From: a virus
Reading direction: 5' to 3' (one strand)
IMG/VR virus record: IMGVR_UViG_3300042199_000067
Length of the DNA: 36,052 bases
This document shows positions 1-13,879 of the stretch, one piece after another (position 1 is the first letter of the stretch; every line of letters starts with the position of its first letter). The notes below the pieces were generated by a model that worked only from the letters and a program-made list of their open reading frames with translations, did no database searches and was not told the DNA's origin. The translations under genes were made by a program, and so were the position numbers.

Positions 1-127
1 AAAAAAAAAATAAAAAATATTTTTTTCTAGAAAATAATAAAAAAACCTAAAATACGCTGGCTTTCTACGCTACTGTTCTACGCTAGTTAAATAGTAGATG
101 AAGCCAAAAATACATGATATTGTTACT
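1..127. repeat. Terminal overlap: identical copy of 35926-36052 (genome closes into a 35,925-bp circle or is terminally redundant)
   Basis: Base-by-base comparison: position 1 aligns to 35926 (10 A then T at 11, versus T at 35936). Identity runs to the window end (…gatattgttact). Confidence 0.95.
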
Positions 128-373
128 GAAAATCTGTTACCAAATCGTAAAAACTTAAATGTAAGTGTGGGTTTTGACAGAAAAAACAAGATTTGGCGTT
201 TTATTGGCTATAGTTGCGGTAAATGTGGGCAATCATTAAAGACAGTATATGTAGCCAAAAAGCATATATGTCAAGCAACTGTGTTACGCCGTCAGTTGCG
301 TAATGATATTGAAGAACTGAACATAAAAACAGTTGATGGTAGAGTATGGAAGCCAATTGTCTTAGACAATTGA
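98..373 (+). CDS. Small basic protein with a C2HC zinc-ribbon-like signature, function unknown
   Basis: ATG at 98 lies immediately after the right arm of the ori-like palindrome. 91 aa. CGKC (C-x2-C) is followed 12 residues later by HIC (H-x-C). Confidence 0.6.
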   Translation: MKPKIHDIVTENLLPNRKNLNVSVGFDRKNKIWRFIGYSCGKCGQSLKTVYVAKKHICQATVLRRQLRNDIEELNIKTVDGRVWKPIVLDN

Positions 374-405
374 TTTCATTCAAAATTTTTCTTAAAGGAA
401 CAGAA

Positions 406-1377
406 ATGAAACGAATATTAGTATGTGGGGCAGGTGGATTTATAGGACACCACTTAGTTAAAAAACTTGTTAATCAAGGTCATCATGTTATAGGCGCAGA
501 CCTTTATCATCCAGCCTATGAAAAAACATTAGCACATGAGTTCTATGTTGTGGACTTGCGTGACCAACGAACGGTTAAACATTTGTTAAGCCAAGAGATT
601 GACGAAATCTATCAATTAGCCGCTGACATGGGCGGCGCCGGCTATATCTTTACAGGTGACAACGATGCCGATATCATGCATAATAGTTGTCAAATCAACT
701 TAAACATACTTGACAGTATGGTAGATAGAGGCATCAAGAATGTATTCTATACCAGTAGTGCTTGCATGTATCCAAGACATAATCAGACTGATTACTTGAC
801 GCCAAATCTATGTGAAGATAGTGCTTACCCTGCAGACCCAGATAGTGAGTATGGTTGGGAGAAACTGTTTTCCGAAAGACTTTACATGACTTATGCACGG
901 AACTATAATCTAAACTGTCGTATTGCCAGACTGCATAATGTTTATGGGCCATTAGGCGCCTACGATAATGGGCGTGAGAAAAGCCCAGCAGCCATTTGCC
1001 GCAAAGTTATCAATAGTAAACAAGTTGTAGACATATGGGGCAATGGTCGTCAAACTAGAAGTTTTTTGTATATTGACGAATGCATCACTGGCATACTTAA
1101 GATTATGGAATCTGACTATGACAAACCATTAAATTTGGGTAGCGACCGTATGATATCTATTAATGAACTTGTACATATGGTTGCAGATATTGGTAACAAG
1201 AGTGTAGTCATTAACAATGTGCCAGGACCAATTGGCGTCAATGGCCGTAACAGCGACAATACATTGATTAAGAGTGTATTGGGTTGGACTCCAGATAACA
1301 ACTTAGAATATGGATTAAAACAAACATACGATTGGATCAAGAGCCGCATTGATAATGGATTGACAGATATCAAATGA
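406..1377 (+). CDS. gme: GDP-mannose 3,5-epimerase family SDR (GDP-D-mannose to GDP-L-galactose/GDP-L-gulose)
   Basis: The tracked ORF starts at 346, but ATG 406 follows AAAGGAACAGAA and opens with the Rossmann motif ILVCGAGGFIGHHL. The protein is collinear, from memory, with plant GME. Shared motifs: LAADMGG, SSACMYP (catalytic Cys), EYGWEKL (Y-x3-K), GREKSPAAICRK, WGNGRQTRSFLYIDEC, LGSDRMISINEL, PGPIGVNGRNSDN, LGWTP. Confidence 0.9.
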   Translation: MKRILVCGAGGFIGHHLVKKLVNQGHHVIGADLYHPAYEKTLAHEFYVVDLRDQRTVKHLLSQEIDEIYQLAADMGGAGYIFTGDNDADIMHNSCQINLNILDSMVDRGIKNVFYTSSACMYPRHNQTDYLTPNLCEDSAYPADPDSEYGWEKLFSERLYMTYARNYNLNCRIARLHNVYGPLGAYDNGREKSPAAICRKVINSKQVVDIWGNGRQTRSFLYIDECITGILKIMESDYDKPLNLGSDRMISINELVHMVADIGNKSVVINNVPGPIGVNGRNSDNTLIKSVLGWTPDNNLEYGLKQTYDWIKSRIDNGLTDIK

Positions 1378-2156
1378 AATACCTTGTAGTCAAAGGATGG
1401 GAAGGTTTTAGTGATAGACTACAATGTTTAAGTTATGCAGTAACCTGTAGTCTACGCTATAATCGCACATTGTATGTAGATTGGACAGACGATATCTGGG
1501 GTACAAGTTTCTACGATTACTTCTACTTTGAGGATCTACATTACATAGACGATTATCGTAAGATACCTAAAACTAGCACGGTACATCCACACTTTTGGAA
1601 TCACAAACTCATGCTACCTGCACATACTTGGGTCTATGACATGAAGGATCAACTTGTCTTTGACATAAGTAAATGTAACGAATTTACTGATGTATGGGTA
1701 CAGCCTGGCATTGGCTATCGTGAATACAACATGCCATTGCTTACTAAACATTTGCGTGTAAGACCAGACATTGTTGAACAAATTTATACTGAACCTATCA
1801 TAGATTTACCCGTCGTACATCTTCGTGGAACTGATAGGACATTCACAGATGAAGATTGGGCACGGTGTAGGCAACTTGCGCCTGTAGCGTATGTGTTGAG
1901 CGATGACACTAAATTAATAGAACGATGGATGAATGAAAGTCCAGCCAGCATAGTCATCAGCAAGCCAAAACATGATGTTACGCATTTCAGCACAAACATA
2001 GACAAACATCAGTATAACCTAGATTTATTGCGTGAGTTTTTTATATTGGCTAGTGCAAAAGACGCACACGCATTAAATGTTGATAGTCTGTATTTTAAGA
2101 TGAGCAGGATAATCGGTACTTGCCCATACTACAAGTCAGTAATCAACAAGTCATAA
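1374..2156 (+). CDS. Putative GDP-sugar-dependent glycosyltransferase of the fucosyltransferase-like superfamily (GT11/GT23/O-FucT type)
   Basis: ATGA start/stop overlap with gme implies translational coupling. The N-terminal KGWEGFSDRLQCLSYAV resembles the GGLGNQMFQYA box of GT11. VVHLRGTDR resembles the H-x-R-R-x-D motif of alpha1,2/alpha1,6 fucosyltransferases. Size is 260 aa. This is a motif-level call only. Confidence 0.5.
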   Translation: MKYLVVKGWEGFSDRLQCLSYAVTCSLRYNRTLYVDWTDDIWGTSFYDYFYFEDLHYIDDYRKIPKTSTVHPHFWNHKLMLPAHTWVYDMKDQLVFDISKCNEFTDVWVQPGIGYREYNMPLLTKHLRVRPDIVEQIYTEPIIDLPVVHLRGTDRTFTDEDWARCRQLAPVAYVLSDDTKLIERWMNESPASIVISKPKHDVTHFSTNIDKHQYNLDLLREFFILASAKDAHALNVDSLYFKMSRIIGTCPYYKSVINKS

Positions 2157-2190
2157 ATATAAGATACAATATTGTGTAGGAAAAATAAAG

Positions 2191-4380
2191 ATGCCACAAC
2201 AGATTAAGTCAAGTTACAATGAAGTCATTGTACCCTTTCAAAAGATGAGTTTCACGCCGGATGTACCACCCAGTGCACTGGGCCCGAATGAATACAACGA
2301 TGGTGTCAATGTAGAAACAGATGTTCGTGGTATTCGCAGTATGGCTGGCGACCAATATATTCTTCCTGCATTGCCAGGTATGCCAGCGACAAATGGCAGC
2401 CCTACATTCGTTACAGGTGGCTTCCGTGGCGATGGTAAGTTTTATTTTATTGTTGCAACAACATCAACTAACCCACTAGATCCTGGACAATGGTGGGCTA
2501 GCGATGGCGGTAGTTGGCAAAACATTACTCCAAATACAGGCGACTTCACACAATACAATCAAGCAACAAACATTACAGAAGCATGGAGTGGCACAGTTCC
2601 ATTCTTTAATGACGAAAGCAATCCACCAATGTTCTGGCCCGAGCCTACGATTGCAAATCCTAGTCCAGTCATGATTATGTACAGTAATCAAGTACCATTA
2701 GATATTGATACTATCACAACATTAACAGCAACAACAAAACAAATTAAAGTTGCTGGTCAAGCGACTGAACCATTTCAAACAGGTGATTTCATACTAATTA
2801 ATAATGTTAATCCAAGGTATTATAATGGGGGACCGTTTGAAGTTATAAGTTGTACGACAACATACGATGTTATAGACCAAGCATGGTATACTTACATTGT
2901 ATATGAAAGCACGGTAACTGACGCTTATCTAACTGGCGGCACAGTTAGTCCAGCATACGCATGGAACTATACACCAGAATGGAAAAGCGTTTATGCAAAG
3001 TTTATGCGTATCTATAACACACCTAATGTGGGTTCAATACTTGTAGCAGGTAATTTAACTGTTACACCTAAAGTAAGTTTTACTGGCGACACAACAACTG
3101 GCAGTAATGTTATTGTTACAACCAGTGCAGTTAGTAATTGGGTTGGCGCAGAAGTGTTTAGTTTTGACTTCCCCGCAGGCACTACAGTCACCGCAGTAAC
3201 GCCGGGCGTAAGCATACAAGTTAGTACAAACAGCACAGGAACAAACACAGCAGTACCTATTGATTTAGGATTAGCCGATACTGAAGTATACCCTGTCTCA
3301 GTACGATGGAGTCAAGCGTTTGGTCTTAATCAAGCACCATTTACCTGGGAACCTACTGTAGTCAATATTGCTAACGAATTAGAAGTGCCATTGCGTGGTG
3401 GAGCATTAGATGCATTTCCCTGTAATGGTCAGTTCTTCTTGTGTAGTTATTGGGACACAGTTGTATTCAGTCCCATCAACTTCAGTACAACATCAACGCC
3501 TATACTTGGTGTAAGAATGTTTAACCAAGGTCGTGGTATACTGTCAAGCAACTGTTGGGCTAATACCGATAAGTTAGTTTATGGTATTGACGCAAGAGAT
3601 GTATGGGTCTTTGATGGTCAAGACTTTCGTGGCTTAGGTAATCAAAGAGTAAAGAATTGGTTGTTTGACCAATTGGACCCACAATACTACGATAGAGTTT
3701 TTATGGAAGTCAATACGCAAAGAGCGCAAGTTGAGATTTATTATCCATCAAAAGATAAACCAATTAACGATGGCGTACCAAACAAAATGATATCATACAG
3801 ATATGATTTAGATTGTTGGAATGCACCCAGAGATGTTACAAATGCTACATTTAGTTGCGAAAGCCCTATTTGGGAATATGATGGCTCAAACTGGGTTGCA
3901 GCCCCAGGCAGTCGCACAGTTGTTTACGCACAAGGCGGCAATAGTGGTTCACAATTAATACAAAAAGACCAAGGTTATAGTCGTGCTAATGGTGATCCAA
4001 TAACAAGCCAATTTAGACGAGACAATATAAAACTGCTAAAAGATTATAGTGGTAAACTTATGGTTCATCGTATACTGCCTGAAGTCGTGAACTTGGGCGC
4101 TGATCCATTCAGTACAGACGATGAACGACCTGTTGATCCTGCGACAAGTACAAACTTAGGTAATGTTACAGTTACACTAGAAGGTGCTGGAAGTGTAGGC
4201 GCTGTGCCAACAAGTAAGCCTAGCATCACTATGGCAACCAACACAGAAAGTCCATGGTGCCAGTTCAATCAAAATGCATATCGTGTCAACAACATTGAGA
4301 TTAGTAATACTAGCAACAATAGTGTTTGGATGTGTACCGCAACTACATGGCAGTTCACACAAGTTGAGGATGACAGATAA
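2191..4380 (+). CDS. Large virion structural protein (tail/nozzle or receptor-binding complex component), family not recognised
   Basis: 729-aa ORF after AGGAAAAATAAAG. Composition is T/S/N/W/G-rich and beta-type with no low-complexity repeats. TAATG overlap with the next structural ORF. Confidence 0.6.
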   Translation: MPQQIKSSYNEVIVPFQKMSFTPDVPPSALGPNEYNDGVNVETDVRGIRSMAGDQYILPALPGMPATNGSPTFVTGGFRGDGKFYFIVATTSTNPLDPGQWWASDGGSWQNITPNTGDFTQYNQATNITEAWSGTVPFFNDESNPPMFWPEPTIANPSPVMIMYSNQVPLDIDTITTLTATTKQIKVAGQATEPFQTGDFILINNVNPRYYNGGPFEVISCTTTYDVIDQAWYTYIVYESTVTDAYLTGGTVSPAYAWNYTPEWKSVYAKFMRIYNTPNVGSILVAGNLTVTPKVSFTGDTTTGSNVIVTTSAVSNWVGAEVFSFDFPAGTTVTAVTPGVSIQVSTNSTGTNTAVPIDLGLADTEVYPVSVRWSQAFGLNQAPFTWEPTVVNIANELEVPLRGGALDAFPCNGQFFLCSYWDTVVFSPINFSTTSTPILGVRMFNQGRGILSSNCWANTDKLVYGIDARDVWVFDGQDFRGLGNQRVKNWLFDQLDPQYYDRVFMEVNTQRAQVEIYYPSKDKPINDGVPNKMISYRYDLDCWNAPRDVTNATFSCESPIWEYDGSNWVAAPGSRTVVYAQGGNSGSQLIQKDQGYSRANGDPITSQFRRDNIKLLKDYSGKLMVHRILPEVVNLGADPFSTDDERPVDPATSTNLGNVTVTLEGAGSVGAVPTSKPSITMATNTESPWCQFNQNAYRVNNIEISNTSNNSVWMCTATTWQFTQVEDDR

Positions 4381-5624
4381 TGACAGTAGCAAAGTATCCA
4401 GTTGAGAATAGTGATGAAGAAGGCGTAGTTGACGCAGTTAATTATTTGTTGAGCGGTCCTGCAGGCTTAGGACAGAACTTTGCAGGCTATAGCACATATA
4501 CTCCTGCGTATCTTAAACCAACTTTCCGTCAGCCATTTGTGACTCCTATCACAAGTGAACCCACGCCACTGTTTAGCCAGGTATCGTGTAATAACGCTTT
4601 TGGTTGCGATGAAAATGGTACTCCAGTTGGTCTAACAAGCACACGATATGTGTTATATCAATTCACTACACCATTCACTAGCCCACCATTTCAATTTGGT
4701 GACAGGATATTTGCTGGTGGATTTAGCCCTAACGATTACGATAGCAGTTCATATTATGGGCCGCCCAGCAGTCCTTCATTAGTATTTGCGTGTACAAACA
4801 CTTATGTCATCATACAATATAACAATTTATATAGTTATCCACCATATGTAAGCGGTGGATATGTTGGTTTCAATAGATTGAATTTCACATTAAGCACAGA
4901 TTGTAATGGTCGTGTTAATGTGACAGGTGGTACAGACCGTGTGTTCGTGAGTGGTCAATTGATTTGTGATATAGAATATAACAGCACGATACCAAACAGC
5001 GAATTTGATGTGACAGTAAGTATTGAACGCTTGACTGGTTATGTTAGCAATGCCCCAGGTAGCACAGACTTTGTTTTTGACGAACCAATCACGACATTGG
5101 CACAACGAAGATATCATTATAATGTCACAGGTAATGGAACGATTACTGATTTAGAAACAATCTTTACACAATTCATTGATGGTCCTGAGATACCATTTGG
5201 TTACTATTGGTATCTATTACAATTCGCATTCACTAATAAACCAAGATATAAAACAAGTTATGCGATAGGCGGCGTAGAAAATATTTCAGTAAGTGGAGTC
5301 AGCGTACCACAGAATACAAGTTATACAGGATTATTGCCTGTGACTGTGACTGGTACTGGTGCAGGTTTAGATATTGATTTAGACATAGATACAGGATATG
5401 GGTTAAATTATGAACAAAACACAACTCTTGCTTTAATTAACAATGTTGGTACAGGATACCAAGTTGGAGACATATTAAACATACCTGGCACTAGTTTGGG
5501 CGGCGCAAGCCCTGCTAATGATATGACATTAACAGTAACACAAATCGTATATCCTGGAGATGCTACAGCAGGCGTTGTAACTTTAGGACTACGCAGTTTG
5601 ACCGCGCAAGTTGTCAAGCAATAA
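4380..5624 (+). CDS. Tail-fibre-like virion structural protein
   Basis: 414 aa, coupled to the upstream ORF by a TAATG overlap. The N-terminal AVNYLLSGPAGLGQNF motif is one I associate with fibre/structural proteins of aquatic podoviruses (recollection only). Rich in T/S/G/N/Y. Confidence 0.55.
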   Translation: MTVAKYPVENSDEEGVVDAVNYLLSGPAGLGQNFAGYSTYTPAYLKPTFRQPFVTPITSEPTPLFSQVSCNNAFGCDENGTPVGLTSTRYVLYQFTTPFTSPPFQFGDRIFAGGFSPNDYDSSSYYGPPSSPSLVFACTNTYVIIQYNNLYSYPPYVSGGYVGFNRLNFTLSTDCNGRVNVTGGTDRVFVSGQLICDIEYNSTIPNSEFDVTVSIERLTGYVSNAPGSTDFVFDEPITTLAQRRYHYNVTGNGTITDLETIFTQFIDGPEIPFGYYWYLLQFAFTNKPRYKTSYAIGGVENISVSGVSVPQNTSYTGLLPVTVTGTGAGLDIDLDIDTGYGLNYEQNTTLALINNVGTGYQVGDILNIPGTSLGGASPANDMTLTVTQIVYPGDATAGVVTLGLRSLTAQVVKQ

Positions 5625-5647
5625 TGATTAAATATATAAAAGGTTAA

Positions 5648-9973
<4,326 letters not shown>

Positions 9974-10005
9974 GCATACACTAAATATATTATAAAGGAC
10001 AACAT

Positions 10006-10716
10006 ATGAGTTTCGGCAAATCAAGTTCATATACAACACCACAGTTAACACAAGAGCAAAAGGATCAGATTGCGGCGCAAACTGGCTTTTTCACTGGTAC
10101 AATCGCACCTACATATCAGGAAGCGGTTCGTGGTGCTACAGAACTATACAATGTTAACGCCCCAGGCGTATTAAATGCGGCACAAAATCAAGCAGGTGTT
10201 GCTAGACAAGCACAAGAAGCACTAGGTAGTACTGGTGAAAGTGCATTACGCACGGGTATCACAGGATTAGAAAGTATTTTTAATCCAAATTACGAAGCAA
10301 ATCAAATTAGTGCCGCACTAGCACCCGCACAGCAACAGTTTCAACAAAATGTTACTAACTTGCGTAGTCAATTTGGTGGTGCTGGTAATCTAGGTAGTGC
10401 TAGACAAGCATTAGCAGAAAGACAATTAGCAGGTCAAGCACAGGCACAACAAGCAAGCACAGCCGCACAGATTCAGCGTGATGTAGCACAACAAAGATTG
10501 GCTGCAGGTCAAAGTCTAGCAGGATTAGGTCAAGGCGGATTAGGACAAGCAATGGGTGCCGCAGGACAAGTTGTTACTGCCGCAATGACGCCACAAGATT
10601 TGTTTAACAAATATGCTGGAGTTATTTTCGGAACACCTAGTGCCGCATATAATCCTAACTTTGCTGGTACACAAGGACAATCACAAACTGGCATGAACTT
10701 CGGCATCAAGATTTAA
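10006..10716 (+). CDS. Gln/Ala/Gly-rich internal virion (ejection-type) protein candidate
   Basis: AAAGGAC RBS, 236 aa, low-complexity Q/A/G composition. First of three consecutive such ORFs, in the position of podovirus internal/ejection proteins. Confidence 0.55.
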   Translation: MSFGKSSSYTTPQLTQEQKDQIAAQTGFFTGTIAPTYQEAVRGATELYNVNAPGVLNAAQNQAGVARQAQEALGSTGESALRTGITGLESIFNPNYEANQISAALAPAQQQFQQNVTNLRSQFGGAGNLGSARQALAERQLAGQAQAQQASTAAQIQRDVAQQRLAAGQSLAGLGQGGLGQAMGAAGQVVTAAMTPQDLFNKYAGVIFGTPSAAYNPNFAGTQGQSQTGMNFGIKI

Positions 10717-10725
10717 GGATAGATA

Positions 10726-13101
10726 ATGGCTTACCAATATACAGATTATTCAGGTTACGGTGACGAATCTAATGAAGAAACACGCAAGCGTAGATTAAAA
10801 TATGCAAGCATGTTTGCTGGAGGATTACCTATTGAAGATATGGCAGGTCAATATCTTACTGACAGATTTAATGAAGCGGGACAAAATATAACTAATGCCG
10901 CAAATTTAATAACAGATCCTGCTGAAGAAATGAAGCGTAGAATGGGTATGATTCAACAACAACCTAGTGTTCAAGTTGCTGGTCCTGCTCAGTTACCACA
11001 GCAGCCACAACAAGGTATGACTGCTCAAAGTGTTGCTCCACAAGAACTTGATCCAGCAGAAATGGAAAGATTGCGTCAACAAAGATTGGCACAACAGCAA
11101 CCAAAAGCACAACCTGCACAACAACCTGCACAACCCTCGCAAGCGCAACAAGCCGCACAAGCAATGGGTGCTACACCGCCTGCCGCAGGACAACAAGTTG
11201 AACAACAACCACAATGGGCAAAAGATTTGATTGCTAGTCAAGGTGATATGACTAAACTTCACGCTTTTGTTGGCAATGAAAACAATCCTGAAGAACAACG
11301 CAAGTGGGCATCTGGTTTATTACAGAAAATGTTTAAGGATCAAGCAGACCGTGATGATGCTGCCGCATTGATACAAAGATTTGTAACGGGTGATCCAAGT
11401 GCTATCAATACTGTTAGTAGAGATTTACGCAAAAGAACAGATGAAGGTAGTTATATCAAAGCGTATTTGTTTAATCGTTTAGGTTTAACAGACTTAGCAA
11501 GAGAAGAACAATTCAAATTAGGCGCTGGTGGCAAAGTAGGTCAAGCAAGCGTTGATGGAAAACAATATACAGTTGAGTATGATGCTCAAGGCGCTCCACT
11601 TCGTGCTTGGAATGTTCGTGGAACAGTAGTAGGTGAAGATACGCTTGCTAAGATTAGTGCAGGCGGATTACGACCTGGCGCACAAATTTATGGATTTACT
11701 GGTGAAGTTGGTATTGTTAAAGATCCTAGCACTGGTAAAGATGTTGAAGTTCGTCAAAGAACTAATAGTCAAACAGGTCAAGTTGAAAATGTTATCGTTA
11801 CTGGTGAAAATGCTGGTAAATTGTATACTGGTACAGCGATACCACAAGCCAAATCTGTATCTACAGCAATGGCAAAGATGGATTATCAAACTATTACAGC
11901 ATTACAACAACGACATGGTGGCAATGTACTAGATGCGTTGAAAGAATTCCAAAATATAGCGGGCCCATTAGATGATGCTGGTCGTCAGCGTTTCTTACAA
12001 ATATATGGATATGGTGGAACTGTTCCCGGTGGCGCAATGCCTGGCATGCCACAAGGCGCACAACCAGTATATCGTCCAGGCGTTGAACAACAACCTGCAC
12101 AAATACAACAGGCTCCTGCACAAGCACAACAAATGCCTGCAACCACTACACAAGCACAAGGTAGTGTTGCTCCTACACAACAAGTAGCAAGACCACCGCA
12201 GGCTCCTGTACAACAACCAGTTGCTTCACAACAATTACCAGTATCAAGACCACCAACAGTTGGCGTTCCTGGCGTAGGTCGTCCAGGTGGTGGATTAACA
12301 ACACCTATAGGCGCATTACAAACTCAACAATCATTGGGTAAAACAGCAGGTGAAGCACAAATTGGTATTGCTAAAGAGCGTAGTCAAAGTTATAATGAAT
12401 ACCTAGACAAAGAACTCGCTCCACAAGCAGAAAATGGTAATACAGTTGTTAGTGTTCGCAAACAACAGTTTGCTATTTTTGATAGACCGGGTATTGACGC
12501 TAATAAAATCTTTGGTTTATACAATGCCGCACAAGAAAATCCTAGTGACCAAAAATATAGTATCATTCGTGATATATTTGGTGGCATCTTTAAACCTGAA
12601 ATAGAAGTAAGTCAAAGATTAGCACAATTAAATCTAACCCCTACTGAAAAATCAGCATTAGAAGAATACAATTTGGCTAATCAAAAAATTAATGTGGCAA
12701 CATTGAAACAAACTGCCGGCGCAGGTTCAGTTAGTGATGCTGAACAAAAAGCCAATAGACAAAGCAACATAGATCCAACTAAGATTCCTGCACTGGCAGC
12801 ATATAACGCTATGGCTCAAAGTCAATTTGATGGTGACAGAGCAAGATGGAAAGCAGATTGGGCCATCAGACAACCTGCTAATAACAGAATTGAATTAGAT
12901 GCGGCATGGCGTAAAGAAAGTCAACGCTTGAGTAAGATATATGAAGATATGGCTAAAGAGCGTATTAAATTCATTAATCAAAACGGCAACACATATAATG
13001 CTGTGCGTGAAGGTTACCGTAGATTTCCAATTCCAGAGTATGATCCAGATACAAATACATGGAAGAAAACAAAGCCACTGGGTGCAATATTAGGAAGATA
13101 A
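10726..13101 (+). CDS. Large internal virion (ejection/core) protein candidate with Q/P/A-rich linkers
   Basis: AAGGATAG RBS, 791 aa. Two long Gln/Pro/Ala low-complexity segments flank ordinary domains. No lysozyme or transglycosylase motif could be recognised by eye. Confidence 0.55.
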   Translation: MAYQYTDYSGYGDESNEETRKRRLKYASMFAGGLPIEDMAGQYLTDRFNEAGQNITNAANLITDPAEEMKRRMGMIQQQPSVQVAGPAQLPQQPQQGMTAQSVAPQELDPAEMERLRQQRLAQQQPKAQPAQQPAQPSQAQQAAQAMGATPPAAGQQVEQQPQWAKDLIASQGDMTKLHAFVGNENNPEEQRKWASGLLQKMFKDQADRDDAAALIQRFVTGDPSAINTVSRDLRKRTDEGSYIKAYLFNRLGLTDLAREEQFKLGAGGKVGQASVDGKQYTVEYDAQGAPLRAWNVRGTVVGEDTLAKISAGGLRPGAQIYGFTGEVGIVKDPSTGKDVEVRQRTNSQTGQVENVIVTGENAGKLYTGTAIPQAKSVSTAMAKMDYQTITALQQRHGGNVLDALKEFQNIAGPLDDAGRQRFLQIYGYGGTVPGGAMPGMPQGAQPVYRPGVEQQPAQIQQAPAQAQQMPATTTQAQGSVAPTQQVARPPQAPVQQPVASQQLPVSRPPTVGVPGVGRPGGGLTTPIGALQTQQSLGKTAGEAQIGIAKERSQSYNEYLDKELAPQAENGNTVVSVRKQQFAIFDRPGIDANKIFGLYNAAQENPSDQKYSIIRDIFGGIFKPEIEVSQRLAQLNLTPTEKSALEEYNLANQKINVATLKQTAGAGSVSDAEQKANRQSNIDPTKIPALAAYNAMAQSQFDGDRARWKADWAIRQPANNRIELDAAWRKESQRLSKIYEDMAKERIKFINQNGNTYNAVREGYRRFPIPEYDPDTNTWKKTKPLGAILGR

Positions 13102-13102
13102 T

Positions 13103-13870
13103 ATGGATCAAAATTTACAACAAAAAATTGATGAAGCAAGAAAGAATGGATATACTGATGAAGAAATTCAACAGTATCTTGCTACCAGTCAACAGCCTGT
13201 GCCTACACAAGTACCTATTGACCGTAGCGAAGAATATAAAGGTCTAGCGCAAGGTATTGCATTAGATACAATGGGTAATGTTATTGATGTTGGAGGTAAA
13301 GCGGCGGCAGTTGGTGCTGGAGCATATGGTGCAAAAAAAGCATTTGATTATATTGCTAATAGGGGGCCTGTTGCACCACAAGTAGCACAGCAAGCCGCAC
13401 AGCAAGTTGGACAGCAGGTAGCACAGCAAGCCGCACAGCAAGTTGGCGCAAGAGCAACTGGTACTGCAGGTCAACAAGCGTTTGGGCAAATGGCCGAACA
13501 ATTGGCTGATAATAGAATACGCTTTCCAACACAACCTACTCAATCAGTTGCACCATCAGCTGGCGTACAACCAGGACCAGTAAGACCTGCAGAAATGCCA
13601 CAACAAAGTATGATTGACAGAGCAAGTCAAATGGTTCGTCAAATGGCAGCAAATAAAGCAGTTCAAAACATGGCTAAGTTTGGTGGTTTAGCAAGTTTAA
13701 GTTTGTATAGTCCAGAATTAGGACCAAAAACACCTACAGTGGGTAGAATGCGAGGTTATGAAATAAATCCAATGACTCGTAGACCTTGGACGCCACAAGA
13801 AATAACTCAATATGAAAATAATCCAATGGCTTTTGATAGCATGTTGGGCCCTGTACAGGCAAGAAGATAA
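13103..13870 (+). CDS. Internal virion (ejection-type) protein candidate
   Basis: ATG lies 1 nt after the upstream TAA. 255 aa. Contains VAQQAAQQVG x2, encoded by a 29-nt direct repeat at about 13383 and about 13419. Q/A/G-rich. Confidence 0.5.
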   Translation: MDQNLQQKIDEARKNGYTDEEIQQYLATSQQPVPTQVPIDRSEEYKGLAQGIALDTMGNVIDVGGKAAAVGAGAYGAKKAFDYIANRGPVAPQVAQQAAQQVGQQVAQQAAQQVGARATGTAGQQAFGQMAEQLADNRIRFPTQPTQSVAPSAGVQPGPVRPAEMPQQSMIDRASQMVRQMAANKAVQNMAKFGGLASLSLYSPELGPKTPTVGRMRGYEINPMTRRPWTPQEITQYENNPMAFDSMLGPVQARR

Positions 13871-13879
13871 GGAAAAGAA

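Noticed and set aside
346-405. Upstream extensions given by the ORF track: 346 for gme, 14811 for the Gly/Arg-arm protein, 17081 (TTG), 17890 (TTG), 19740, and 32768 (GTG).
   Set aside because: Each extension overlaps the preceding gene or a regulatory hairpin and lacks an RBS. An internal ATG with a Shine-Dalgarno-like purine run, or an ATGA coupling, gives a cleaner gene model.
10726-13101. Off-frame and antisense ORFs within the Q/P/A-rich ejection-type gene (10964-11298, 11030-11230, 11633-12216, 12390-12587), and 13262-13543 in the next gene.
   Set aside because: They are short, nested and of low-complexity composition, mirroring the CAA/GCA-rich coding strand. None has start signals.
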